A stretch of DNA of 61,156 nucleotides from Coniocarpon cinnabarinum (GCA_051942205.1 JAVECO010000144.1:1-61156), one strand, 5' to 3'. Counted from the first letter of the stretch, positions 49,445-61,156 are shown. The notes: a model not told the origin generated them from the letters alone. A program made the numbers and translations.

Positions 49445-50833
49445 TCACAGGGGCTTCACGACGGCGGAAACCATGACTGCAGCTTCGCGCTCCCAATTGC
49501 GCACGACAGTTGACCCTCCCTTACTCAAAGAGCTCGCTGGAAGCTGAGAGCCTCGGTCGACACAGCGTCGGATAGCGTCACCGACTCGATCTCGATTTGT
49601 ACGCAGCGTCCTCGCAGAGACGCCACCATCTCGCAGAATTTTCTGGACACGTGCAGTAAGTTGAGACGCCATTGACCGCCAGAAGTAAGACGGCAGCGAG
49701 TTTGTGTCAAGTGAGTTGAGTAGGGGTCGGAGAAAGTTTGATGGAGCGGTGGCTTGAGAAGTCTGCTCGCCCGCGGATGGAGTTGGTGCGTCAGGTGTGT
49801 TGACCATTGGGTGCTGTGGTGGCTTGATGGACTCGAGCAAGATTTCAAGAGCAACGATGTTTTGACAACGTGCAGAGACTTCCGAGAGAGTTCTGTCTAG
49901 CTTGGGCAGCGCAGCCAGCCCAGCAGCCAATCCTGCTAAGGAAGACGTGATAGCTCTTCGCAGATACTCTTGAAGTGCAGCAATCAACCTTGATGGCTCA
50001 AAGACAGCCTGCGAGTTTGAGACTGGGGAGAGCAGATAGAGCGTAGTCAGCGCAGACGTTGCACGAGAGCGAGTATCCTCAGATTGGGGAAGATTGATTG
50101 GGGCGGTATTATTGCTAGCTGAGCTATCACCACCTGACGCTGTCAGCGATGACATAGAAAATTGTCCAACGATTTGGTCTGATTTTGACACTAATGCTTC
50201 TTCGGCGGGATCGACCATTTCCGCCCTAAGCGTTCGGATGACTGTGATCCGGTCCAGCCCTTCAGCATCTCCTCCTGGCCTTGCTGTAGCAAAGATCTGA
50301 CGAAGACTCAGGATCGAAGTGGCGCTGCGAACCATGGCGATGTGATCGTCTCCTCTCCTACCCAAAGCCTTGCTTGGCCGAACTTCTGCCATTTGTGCCT
50401 CCAGTTGCCGGCCGAGGGTTAAGCACCTTGACACGGATCTACCCAGCTTCACAGTGGACCAGAGTCTCTCCGACGCAGTCTTGGTTTCTTCCGCAGCCTC
50501 ATGTCGCTGGATGACCTCTCTGTGCAGCCGATCAAAGGCTTCAGTCAACGTAGCGACTTGAGCATCAAGTGCTTGATTAATGCGGGTTGCAGAACGAATA
50601 TCATCACGAGTGTGCTCGAGAAGCGGCAGCGCAGACCTTGACGTGAGAGAGTCAATGCGCGTATCGATATCCTGGACATCAAAAAGCACGCGAGATAGAG
50701 GGGTATTGATATCGATGGGGCTGTCAGAGGGATTATTTGTGGATAGGACTAGGCGGTTTGCAAATGTCGTCGCGGCAAAGTCTGGATCCACAAACGTATC
50801 GTAGTTGATGTACGATGGCTCAGGTTGATCCAT
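49445..50833 (-). CDS. COG5: Conserved oligomeric Golgi complex subunit 5
   Basis: EPSYINYDTFVDPDF..FANRLVLSTNNPSD...TPLSRVLFDVQDIDTRI; EVSARCQNIVALE; SLPSYFWRSMA; NWEREAAVMV. Start at 50833 preferred (upstream ATG at 50872). Confidence 0.88.
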   Translation of the reverse strand: MDQPEPSYINYDTFVDPDFAATTFANRLVLSTNNPSDSPIDINTPLSRVLFDVQDIDTRIDSLTSRSALPLLEHTRDDIRSATRINQALDAQVATLTEAFDRLHREVIQRHEAAEETKTASERLWSTVKLGRSVSRCLTLGRQLEAQMAEVRPSKALGRRGDDHIAMVRSATSILSLRQIFATARPGGDAEGLDRITVIRTLRAEMVDPAEEALVSKSDQIVGQFSMSSLTASGGDSSASNNTAPINLPQSEDTRSRATSALTTLYLLSPVSNSQAVFEPSRLIAALQEYLRRAITSSLAGLAAGLAALPKLDRTLSEVSARCQNIVALEILLESIKPPQHPMVNTPDAPTPSAGEQTSQATAPSNFLRPLLNSLDTNSLPSYFWRSMASQLTARVQKILRDGGVSARTLRTNRDRVGDAIRRCVDRGSQLPASSLSKGGSTVVRNWEREAAVMVSAVVKPL

Positions 50834-51395
50834 ATAGAGGACGAGCTCGCGTACTCGGACTTCAATGTCCACGATCTCGCATCTTCAAATTCTTGGAGAG
50901 ATGGAATATGGATGCGGCCTCCGCTGCACATCACGTGCTAGAGAAAATCAGGGAGCGCGCGTGGAATCATTATGGCATGCAGTCCCGCCTCAGCGCTATA
51001 ATGAGACGTTTTTTTCTACTCTAGGAAGGACGGTATGTACCTAAAGAATGCTTGCCAACAAAAGTCGCGTGGAATGAGACGCAGAGAGCGACCATCGCGG
51101 CGTGCACCACCTCGATCATATCTGCACATGCGCTTTCGCGCCACACACCAGCTCTGCCTTGCCGTCGCATACCATTGTCAAAGAGTTGATGTCCAAGGCG
51201 CCCCGAGCACGGGACTTGCAACGCTCTCTCCAAGACCCAGACCCATACAAGCGCAAAAGTTACCATCACGTAGTGTTGCAAGACCCTTGCGTACCCATTG
51301 GAGCAACCCGTAGTGTCTCGATTAGGGCCGGGTGGCGGAGGGAACACATCCACTCAGGCAACGAGACGATTGTCTTGCCCGGCTGAGCTCCTGCT

Positions 51396-54028
51396 ATGCC
51401 GGCGCACGCTGTACACACAGAACCCCTACCCTTGAATGGCAAACGCAAGCGTGACAATTCCCTAAACAACACTTTCGAGACTGGTGGTGTAGACCGTGCG
51501 AATGCTCATGCGGTCGCGCGAGACGGTGATTCCTCACACGTCAACCAAGTGATAAGCGACATCTGTGCGGCGCTCCAGAAGTAGGTTTCCAGAGCATCAA
51601 AGCATTCCGCCGCCTGCGCTCCGCCTTCTAACTTCATCTCCGCAGGTATGACACGACCCCTGCACTCCTCACACTGCCTTTGGATGCTGGCGAGCGGACC
51701 GATAACAGTGGGGCCCCCATACTCAAGCGGGCTAAAGTACGCCGCACAAGTGACGAAGCCGACACCATATCCCGCAAGGTCGAGCGGCAAGCATATGCTT
51801 CGCTTGCGGACTTTGTCGAGGACGTTGAACAAGCCGCGAGACAATCCCTAGCCGATTCGACTCCACGAGATAACTCATCCGCGGTACAATGGAAATATCA
51901 GCCCGACTCTCTCGACGCCGATCGTCTGTACGCACAGATTCGAGCATTCAAAAAGATTCTGCGGACGTTTGTCAGCCAACACACAGACTTGGCAGACGAT
52001 GCTCAATCATTCACAGATGAGCGCAAGGACGTGCTAAATGGCGAAGTGAAGGCCGAGGATTCTGCAAGCACAGAACTCGACGAGGCCACCGTGGATCGCC
52101 AGGGCAAGGCCGTGTTGACATTATTTGGCAATGCTCAGGGTCAGCACAAGCAGCTCTTCTCGAGTTTTCAGAAACCCGCTCCACCGCAACTATGGTCCCG
52201 TGAGCGCAAGCCATTGGTACCTAACTCAGACGCGCTACTGCCGTTGCGTGAAAATGGCTTGCTTGGGAATCAGATAATCAGTACGAGGCTCATCGCTATG
52301 GAGGGCGCAGACGCTTTGCCTGCATCGAAGAAAACACTGCATTTCCGTGATCTGTTCCGGCCTCCTTCGTCGTTGCCTATACTCGATCCACCCAAGCCAC
52401 CACATACTTCCTCCAGTCGAGGGGATAGCATCGGCTGGACATCTGACAGCGCATCGCGCGAACCGACGCAGAAGCATGGCTACACTACAGAGAAGTTGCC
52501 TGCTGGCAGCTGGCTTGGATATGATGGTATCTCTTCCGAGCAAGAGTCGGCATCGCCAGAAGCTAAGAGAAGGCGACGTGATCGAGCGCTGAGCAGCGGT
52601 GAGGCTGGACGAGAACAGCCTGAGCAAACGAAAGCTGCTTTGGCACGAGCGAAGGAGGATGCGCTCTTCCGCAGGGTATATTCGAGCTTCGCGCCCTCAA
52701 TGGACAATTCATCGGCTGTGATACCGGAAGAGACGCGAAATGAAATGTGGTTGACACAACAAGCTGGACCTTGTCAGGATGAAGCGCTCGCCATCGACCC
52801 AGACCTGGGAGACGATCCTTCGAACGGTGGGGAGGATGAACACCTTGATGCTGATCCTGAGAGTTTCCAGGAAACCGTTGATAATTTTGATCCCGCGCAT
52901 TTCGACGGTGCAGATTTTGATGCTGGTGAAGATGGTCACACGCGAAGTTTGCGTGAAATCTCGGATCTCCTCGAATCACTGCAGTCTCACCAACGAGTGC
53001 GCAACTCCCACCTCATAGCAGCTGCCCGGGTAGGGTCCATCCAAACGCCTGGAAAATCCACAGGCGCTGCACCAAACGACAGCGAAGTGACGGTGTACAA
53101 ACAAGCTCGCCAGAAGCTCGCTGAAGTCGTTTTGCAGCTGAAGCCGTATACTTTGGCCAAGGTGGGTGGGAATGAGCTTGCAAATCTCTTGCTCAGCCGC
53201 GACATACTTGTCGAAAGCAGAAATTACCAAGGTACCATGGACGATGACCAAGCCACTCGTCTTGCTGCTGCTGCGGCCCTGAATAACGCTCTCGGCACAT
53301 CCTCTACGAATCGCACAACTGCGGTGGCCGGCAGACCTGCTCTCCCTAACCATGGACGAACAAGTTCAACCCAGGTGAACCCATCAACGCCTACGAATGC
53401 TATGCGCAACGGTACCGCTGCCAATAAGCCTCCATTGAGCAACTGGCAATCTTCTGTACAGAATTACACTGCCTCGGGGTCTCGCCCCAACTCTTACAGT
53501 CAGCTCAACAGCTACGCACGAACACCTTTGAATAATTACAACACACGGCCAAACCCATCAAATATCAGCACTGGGTATCAGCAGACTCCGACACAGCCGA
53601 TGTACCAGCAACGTGCGCAAAATCTCTCAGGCCAGTACAGTGGGTACAACAATTCATCCACCCCTCGAGCAGCGTCAGCCACACAACCTTACACAGGTTA
53701 TCAATCCATTGTGTCACGTCCACCAAGTACTGGCTACTCCAATGCTACCACGGCCCCACTGGCACCAATGACGGGCACCTCAATCCAGCCTCGGCCTCAA
53801 TCTCAGGGTACCACCCATTCGCCTCTCCCACATGGGTCACCGTACGCGCCTCCATCTGCCAACGCAGTACCGAACGCACTATCTCAGTCATCGCGGCCTA
53901 TCACACCCTCTACTCCGGCAACATCTCAAGTGCCACAAGCTCAACAACCGCGACAAAGTCCCAGCGTAGGAGCAGCACCTACGCAGGCTGTGACTTCCGG
54001 GAGCTCCAATGGAACACCAGCGTCATAG
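51396..54028 (+). CDS. Nuclear protein, possibly Rsc58/BRD7-9-like; exons 51396-51580, 51646-54028
   Basis: The 65-nt GTAGGT..CTAAC..CAG intron joins MPAHAV..GKRKR..ALQK to the 782-aa ORF. NLS-like KRKR and KRRRR; YSSFAPSMDNS motif; Q/S/T/P/Y low-complexity tail. Confidence 0.8.
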
Positions 54029-56192
54029 GGATACAATGTATGAATTGTCACTTACGGAATACTGGATTGAGGTTCATTTGAGGAATTCGTACTCGTAGAA
54101 CGCAGTTGGGTAGAGTCTGCTGCGCTTTTGCTTGGCACCAATCTGGATCACTGGCCGCTTGCTACTCGCACACCATCCGTGTTATCTCACATCAGGCCAC
54201 GCTCTCGAATCGGAGACCTTTGTTACTCCTTAGCGCCTACTAGAGTCGCGTCTTCTCAGGCGGCACGGCAAAGTATATGAGGTTTGCTTAGACCCCCTTA
54301 AAGGGAAGTGGTAAAAAAGGTGAACGTATTTCGCATGCCTTTTTCCAGTCTTGTTGACTAGTTCTGAAAGTCGCACGCATGCTCAATGAACGAGGTGACG
54401 CTTTTGACATATTCCTTTCTCTTTATCGTCCTACAAGCATAAAGATAGGGTTGGCTTCTACCCATCTCACAGAGCCGTCAATGAGATAAGGCCAAATTTT
54501 GGCGCATAACACGATGAAAATGACTAGTAAATCGAATGCGTGCTGACCATGCGGAGGACCTCGCAATTTTCTATGTAAAGTGCTGCTGTCTTCCGGGTCT
54601 GAAACGTCGCCGTCGCCATGATGACGTTGCTGCGGACACGTTTCTTTTGCCAATTACTCGAATGTGGTAGTTATACTTGGATGTCGTCAACCCTTCTTAT
54701 TGGATAAGTGCATTTCCTCTTAGCTGTTGCATATTCTCTATTAAGCCTGCGTCAAGATTGTTGCCTCGCAAACAAGCTTGCTGCTTGCTGACGCTCACGG
54801 CTTGCGCTTACAACCTTTATTGCCGTGGCCTCAAATGTTGGAGCATTAAGGTGACGCATTGCTCGCGATAAGCTCATCAGTCAGCTTCCAACTTCCAGTA
54901 ACTATGCAGTCCAGAAGACATTATGTCGTCGCGGTCACCCCAGTGCATGGGTTATCGAAAACAAGACGCACACCGAGCGGTTGACTTCTTGCATCGCCGC
55001 AGGCTGAACAGAGACCTTGAAACCAGCTTCGTAGTCGTTGTTCAAAAATGTTGCTTACTTTATGCATCTTCGGTAAGCGCTCCCAAAAAATGATCAATGC
55101 AGAGGCCAGAAGGCGATTGTTGACGTTTGACACAGCAAAGCGACGCCGGAAGAAAAGGAACTCATCTGATGTAAGTGTCGTGCTAACACTACGATGACAT
55201 TGGGAAGGCCTGCTAAAGAGCCCACGTAGGAAACCCCACATAAGAGGTCGAGCTAACGAATCCTACAGCCGAGCTCATCGCTACAAGCCGCCAAATAATA
55301 TGTCAGCCTCCGAAATGAATCGGCAAGGAGCAAATTTCACCAAAGAATCGCTTCAATGATGAGCCTTTTCGACGGTGCAACGCGCTGCGGGGACACCATC
55401 GCAAACAAACCTAACGGACACGGATCCGACACCCACCAATGATGATCTGGGCTAGAAGGAAGACAGCACGATGTGTTCAAAGAGCTTGGGCAGGCGAAGA
55501 ACCCACAGCATCTCACATGCATCTCAAGTACAGTATGCAAGGCCCTCTTGCTGTGGCATTGAGTCTTCAGCGACTTTCAGAGTCCCTGCAGCTGGCTGCC
55601 AAGCGAAGCACGAACCCCAACTCACAGACCTATCACAATATCTCGAGGTCCTCGATGTTGTTTCGTTGATAAGAGTGAGACAAGAAGGTAAGTGCATCCG
55701 CCCAGTCAGTGCCTGGCCGAGCGGAAATGTCCGAATTATGAAGCGCGAACCCGGATGGAGAAAAGACTGTCTGGGAATATAACCTGCCGGATCCGCGCCA
55801 GCTCCCGACCCGTCCTTGGCTCGGCGACTACGAACGCCTTATATGTGTTGGCCAGGCTTTAATGAAGACACCAAGCCTTTTCGGACATTCTCCGAACGTA
55901 ATGCATACCGCTTTTGTCAACGCCGGGGCTTTCGCGCCCTATCAGCATGTCCTTGCCGGCCCAGCAGTCACATGCAACACTCGAGAGACTTACCAGTCTT
56001 GTTTGCAGGAAACGGATTAGCACAGTGTCATTTCGCCTTTTTGCCGCCAGGCAGAGAACAAGTGTTCGGAGTATCTGGCATGCCTTTTCACGGCCCCGGG
56101 TCTCCCACGCTACAGGGACTCGAGATCAAAAGACGATGATTCTCTCACAGCAAAGAGCCATGCACACCCGGTGGCCGCTCGCACTGAAGACA

Positions 56193-56751
56193 ATGTCCAG
56201 ATCCCCAAACACCTCGCCGCCCGCTCCGGTTGCTGTTACAGAAATCAAATGTTTCGACGGACGTATGGACCGGCTGACGCCGATCCGCGCACTTTCGTAC
56301 GAAGAGTCGTATGACGTTGGGGACTTCAAGGTTGAATACGTGTGCCATTACCATGCGTCAAGAAACCCAACCACCAACGCAGAACGCCAGCGCTACATTA
56401 ACAGAATTGGACGGACCGTGTGCAGTGTTCTTGCACAGGACGCCAAGAATGCACAGGGCAAATTGCAACAAGCGGGTCTGACGCCAACCTCGCGAAAGGA
56501 GGCGATGTATGTTCAACTAGTGTATGAACTCCGTAACCACGTACGCCACAAGAAGGCCGTCAGCATCGGAGAGCGCTGACGCGACGAGCAGAGGCGCACA
56601 CCTAATAGAAGGTAATACGTGGGATGTCAGACTGGTTATACATGTACGGAATCGGCCAATGAATGTGCTGTTTCATTACGGGAGGAACAAGTTGCAGTTC
56701 CATTTAGATCTGTGGGTTTGGAAAGGCTTCACTCAATGTCCTGATCACTGA
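56193..56751 (+). CDS. Possible small orphan gene (exons 56193-56506, ~56553-56751)
   Basis: Protein-like ORF from ACA-ATG 56193; GTATGT donor at 56507 and AAG acceptor at 56552 would join the 56524-56751 frame; branch site weak. Confidence 0.35.
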
Positions 56752-57398
56752 CAGAACCTAGATCCGAAAATGACCCAATAAGCACTCACGCTGCCGGAGA
56801 TACCCGAGCTGACCAAGGAACTTCAGAAAAGTAAGAGAGCTGATAGCAGCCAGACTTTGGCTCAAAATATTGTTGCGGAGCATGGGCAACCTCCGAATAG
56901 AATAGAGTTGAGTTTACTGTACCATTAAAGCCAGTTACGCGACATTTGAACACGACATTTGACTCAAGTTTGTCTGTTGACGAAGGATCCAACTGAAAGA
57001 TCAGCAGCCGGTATCACCAATCTGGGGCGCAAGACGCCCAATGAAATAGGCTGTAGTGTGTTGAGACATTCCTAATACCGGACACAGTGAGAAAGTAAGT
57101 TGTGTGCCCTTGATCATTGTCAGGGGGCGGCTGGATCCTGGAATACGGAATGGCAGGCTCGTGGAATTGCAAAGATAGGTGTATTAGAAGCGGAGGGCAG
57201 ACGCGCCTTCCAGATGTGGGGCTGTGTTCTGCGGTTGCCTTCTTGCTACCTACCTACGTAAGCTATCTGTATGACGATTCTGCACGGCCATCTTAACGCA
57301 CCATTGATCTTATTCTTACCACACTCATGGTCTGTCTCATTCAGCTCAAACTTTCAGCGAGGTGAACCAGTCGCCGCTCATCTGGCTGATCGTGCAGC

Positions 57399-60300
57399 AT
57401 GGCAGATCCCCTGTCAGGGCTCAGCATCGCCAGCAGCCTTATTACAGTTGTTGACTTTGCCAGCAAGATTGTTAAGGGCACACTTGAACTTCGTCGCTCA
57501 GGCAATGCAGGCGGAGTCACGAAACAGGAAGTAGAGCTTGTCGCATTGGACTTTGCTGCCCTTCTGGACCGTCTTCAAAAGAGGCAACAAGCGTCCTCGT
57601 CACCAAAGTCTGAAGATGAGACCGCGCTTAAGGACCTAATCACGTCTGCGAACGGCCTACTAGAAGAGCTTCTGGATGCTTTAAGGAAGTTGAAGCCGTC
57701 CAAGCCTTATAGGAAATGGTCGACCATGCGAGCCGCATTGGGAGCTGTATGGAACGAAAAGAAAATTCGAAGCTATGTACAGAGACTTTCTCTACTTCAA
57801 ACATCGCTGGCAACGAAACTTGTTTCCATAATATCGTAAGTGTTGCCTCGAGATTAACATTAACGTTATGCTAGTACCTAAGGTTGTGTGAAAGTCACTG
57901 ACAGGGAGAAAGTCAAGACCAGTCATCTATTCTCAGCTCTGTCGACAATTTGTGCAACCATTTCAAAAACATTGATCTTTCAGGTGACGATGAAGTGAGG
58001 TATCTGTGCCAAAAGATTAAAGGCTGGGCCTCTACTTCCACAGATCACAGCTCGAATCTAGAGCAACAGCTCAGTGACGTTCAAAAGCGCATTGACCGCT
58101 TGTGCACGGAATGGCATACAATGACAAAGTATGACTACTTGGTCAAGTCGTTGCAGGTCAAAGAGCTCCGATCTCGCGAAATGGCAATAGATCCTGCTCA
58201 TGCTCAAACGTTCGAATGGGCGCTCACGAACAAAGAGAGGCGATCAGGGAATGAGAATCCTAATGATTTCTTTGCTTGGCTTCGACATGGCAACGGACTC
58301 TTCTGGATCGGTATGTCTGCTTTGTATGAATACAGTCATGAGAGTTGATCTTGTGCGCTGACACGTGCATCCAGTTGGCAAAGCGGGTTCGGGTAAGTCG
58401 ACGTTAATGAGATATCTGACCTCGCAACAGCGCACGCGAACAGCGCTTGAAACTTGGTCGTCAAAGACGAAACACCTGATCATAGCCCGTCATTTCCTTT
58501 GGCAAGCCGGCACAACTTTGCAGAAATCACAACGGGGTCTCCTCCAAAATATCTTGAGTCAAGTACTTTCGCAATACCCTCGGCTGATCCCCAAGGTATG
58601 CATGAGCGTCTGGACGGCTTTGGTGGATAACGACTTTGGTATTATACCAGGCCGACTTGATTGTGCATTGTGGTCCATGCAGGACCTGATTCAAGCATTC
58701 GAAGCCTTGCAAGCAACAGATCTGGACAATCTCAGATTCTGCATCTTCATTGACGGGCTAGACGAGTATCACGGCGATCATGTGGACATCATCAACGTCG
58801 TTTTCAAGTTGCTAGAGTGTCCTAGTATCAAAATATGTAAGCACTGAAACATTGCGATGCAGGTTCTTGGGGCTACTAATCGTGCCTGCAGGTGCTTCAA
58901 GTCGGCCGTGGAACGACTTTTACCAAGCCTTTGAAGGACACCCAAGAATGGTCCTCGAAGATCTCACTTCGCGGGATATCTCCACATATGTACAAGCCAA
59001 ACTTGATTCGCACCGTCGATTTCGAGCGATGAGATTTAACGACGACCGCTATAATCTACTTGTCAAAGTATGTAAAGACGAAGCAACCGAATTGCAGAAG
59101 ACTGACAGCATGTCTAGGAAATAGTCCGGCGCGCACATGGTGTTTTCCTATGGGTGCATCTTGTCATGCGGTCGCTCGGCCGGGGGCTTACCAACCACGA
59201 CACGATTGGTGAACTCCGAAATCGCCTCGACGAAATCCCTGATGATCTGCACGAATGGTTCCGAATTATGCTTCACTCCATCGACAAGACCTACGCCGCT
59301 CAATCCGCGAGACTTTTACAGCTTCTTCTCAATACGAAGATGTACATGGATAACTCAGCAATGACATTGTCGTTTTTCAGTGAGGAGGGTCTTGGCTTCG
59401 CACTGAGAACGCCGACTGAGCCTTGCTCAGACGAAACGCTTCTGCAATGGGAACACGAAGCTGCTGTTCGTATCCGAGCTCGCTGCAAAGATCTGGTCGT
59501 CGTCAACACCCTGCTAGGAGATGAAGCGCCGGCGGAGTATCTTTTTCCTACCCTACATGTAAATTTTCTCCACAGGACTGTGCGTGACTTTCTCCTCGAA
59601 GAAGACGTGCAGAGCTTTCTACAAAAGCACATGACCCCTACAAGGCCGCCTTCAGAAGAGTATTTCGCAGCGTCATACCTCGCTCAAGTCAAGATGCTCG
59701 CTAACAATCCCTTCTCCGAAAAATCGTTCGAATTCGACCCTTTGTCTGGATTTCAATCCAAGTCGTCTTTCGGACAATCGCTCGAATCCCTCCTCGAGAG
59801 CTGCTTCTGGATGGAAACTACCCTCAGCAGGCCTTGTTCGTGGATTTTGGACAACCTGAACTCCGCTGTTCTGCAGAACATCAAGATGCATATGACATCC
59901 GGACCGACGGAAGTGGAATCTGAAGCTTGTGTCGTGCAGCTTGCAATGGACAACTATTTGGACCTTTATCTGCAGGAAAGAATGCAATCACGCAGTGTGA
60001 CATGTTGTTCACCCACAGCGAATCACTTGACGAGGCTCCTCATTGGTCCGGAGGGGCGAGTGTGGAAGAGTTGGCCGCCGCTTCCACCGCTTTGCCACGA
60101 GGCCATGAGTCGCACAGAGCAGCATTCTGCCAATTTGAATCTGCTGCGGTCATTGTTTGAAAACGGAGCGGGACCCAACGACCCTGTGATTACCAACAAG
60201 ACTTGTGGTTTCCTTTCCCCAAACGGCTACACGGAGTTCGACACAATATGGACCTACTTCTTTCGACGCCACAACCAAGGCGACCCTTTCTTGGGAGACT

Positions 60301-60515
60301 TCTTTGACTTTCTTGAGCTTTTTTTGAGAAAAGGTGCAGACCCACACGTCAGAATGACTTGGTATTACCCAGGTGAGAAGCAAGCACTGTCCTTCACGAT
60401 CGGCCTCTTTGACGTTGTGGAGACGTGGCACGGCGCTGAAGGAATTTATCGGCTTGAGTCATTGCTTGTGAAATTGGGACTGCCAAAAGCACCTTCATAT
60501 AGGCTGAATAATTGA
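57399..60515 (+). CDS. Fungal NLR-like STAND protein: N-terminal helical (SesA/HeLo-like) domain + NACHT + degenerate ankyrin-like C-terminus; exons 57399-57835, ~57913-58310, 58375-58836, 58892-59067, 59118-60515
   Basis: MADPLSGLSIASSLITVVDFASKIV N-terminus; AHAQTFEW; Walker A LFWIVGKAGSGKST; Walker B FIDGLDE; ICASSRPW; AHGVFLWV; FLHRTVRDFL; LFENGAGPN and FLRKGADPH. Four GT-AG introns keep the frame (first acceptor 57912 or 57936). Confidence 0.9.
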
Positions 60516-60818
60516 TATATAACGACGACCAATATATTGCACCAGCTTTAAGACTTACGCCCTCCAGGGGTTGGACAAGTGCAAACATGAGGAACAAACA
60601 AGAGAAGAGCATACACAACGGAGTAGGGGTTTTGCCTAAACTGCGGATGAAATTTCTTTTGTGCTGTTCTAGTAGCGCCACTGTCGTCATTACGTTAGAT
60701 ACTCATTCGTCGTTGATAGAGCAATTTGCAGGAATTATTCTGGTTGATTATACGTGCTGTAGACCGAGGGATCAAGTACTTTCCCAATGAACACGTTACA
60801 CGGTCGCACTATGGGTCA

Positions 60819-61156
60819 TTAAATACTGGAAACAACCTTACTACTGGAAATGCTCTTGCTGCTAGAAACGCCCTTACTACTAGAAGTACCCTTACTGGTG
60901 GAAACGCTCTTACTACTAGACGCACCCTTACTACCAGAAACGCTCTTATTGCTAGAAGCGCCCTTACTACTAGAAGCTCCCTTCAAAGCACTCTTGCCTA
61001 AAGGAGCGCATCACCATTACAAGCGATTACTATTAGAAGCGCATTACTACTAGAAGCGCATTACTATTAGAAGCGTATTACTACTAGAAGCGCATTATTA
61101 TTACAAGCGTATCACCGTTACATGCGTTTTCCTCCTCCACCTCCCCCATCCACCAT
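60819..61156 (-). CDS. 3' end of a gene entering from the right edge, with a (G/S)(A/V/T/I)SSSK repeat tail; predicted exons >61156-61122 and 60997-60819
   Basis: Minus frame reads KSALK-GASSSK-GASSNK-SVSGSK-GASSSK-SVSTSK-GTSSSK-GVSSSK-SISSSK-VVSSI* with synonymous variation; needs a GTAACG..TTTAG intron at 61121-60998. Confidence 0.5.
60822..61126. repeat. Minisatellite: ~9 units of 18 nt (consensus CTTACTACTAGAAGCGCC) then ~7 units of ~17 nt (TTACTACTAGAAGCGCA)
   Basis: Read directly; both blocks share the core TTACTACTAGAAGCG. Confidence 0.9.

Noticed and set aside
54423..55782. Several 60-106 aa ORFs between the Rsc58-like gene and the NLR
   Set aside because: No motifs or consistent splice model; treated as intergenic.
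60726..61053. Plus-strand repeat ORFs (ALTTRN / LLLEAP), and reading the repeat as a CRISPR array, telomere or RIP relic
   Set aside because: No unique spacers or cas genes, not TTAGGG, and the substitution pattern best preserves the minus-strand SSSK frame.

Overview
Intron-containing eukaryotic DNA from a filamentous ascomycete (Pezizomycotina; gene content and short GT-AG introns with CTRAC branch sites; Dothideomycete-like is a guess). I reconstructed about 20 protein-coding genes by hand-splicing the ORF track. Housekeeping genes: Sec7/PH Arf-GEF (5'-truncated), CSN1, GH79 glycosidase, VPS4, GH18 chitinase, ING/YNG2, a phospholipase/carboxylesterase, an SDR, a Grainyhead/CP2 transcription factor, mitoferrin MRS3/4, mitochondrial Asn-tRNA synthetase and COG5. 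The right third (35-61 kb) is richer in poorly characterised genes: a spliced CCCH-finger orphan, a ~3267-aa DUF6606/DUF3638/DUF3645 giant protein with a SecA-like SF2 ATPase motif set, a possible Rsc58/BRD7-9-like protein, a NACHT NLR-like gene, and a tandem repeat that switches from 17-nt to 18-nt units across a predicted intron/exon border. Most notable hidden signal: an in-frame upstream ATG plus hydrophobic signal-like segment of the chitinase, cut by one TGA-C stop. No rRNA, tRNA, CRISPR array or recognisable transposon was seen. All domain calls come from motif recognition by eye, not database searches.
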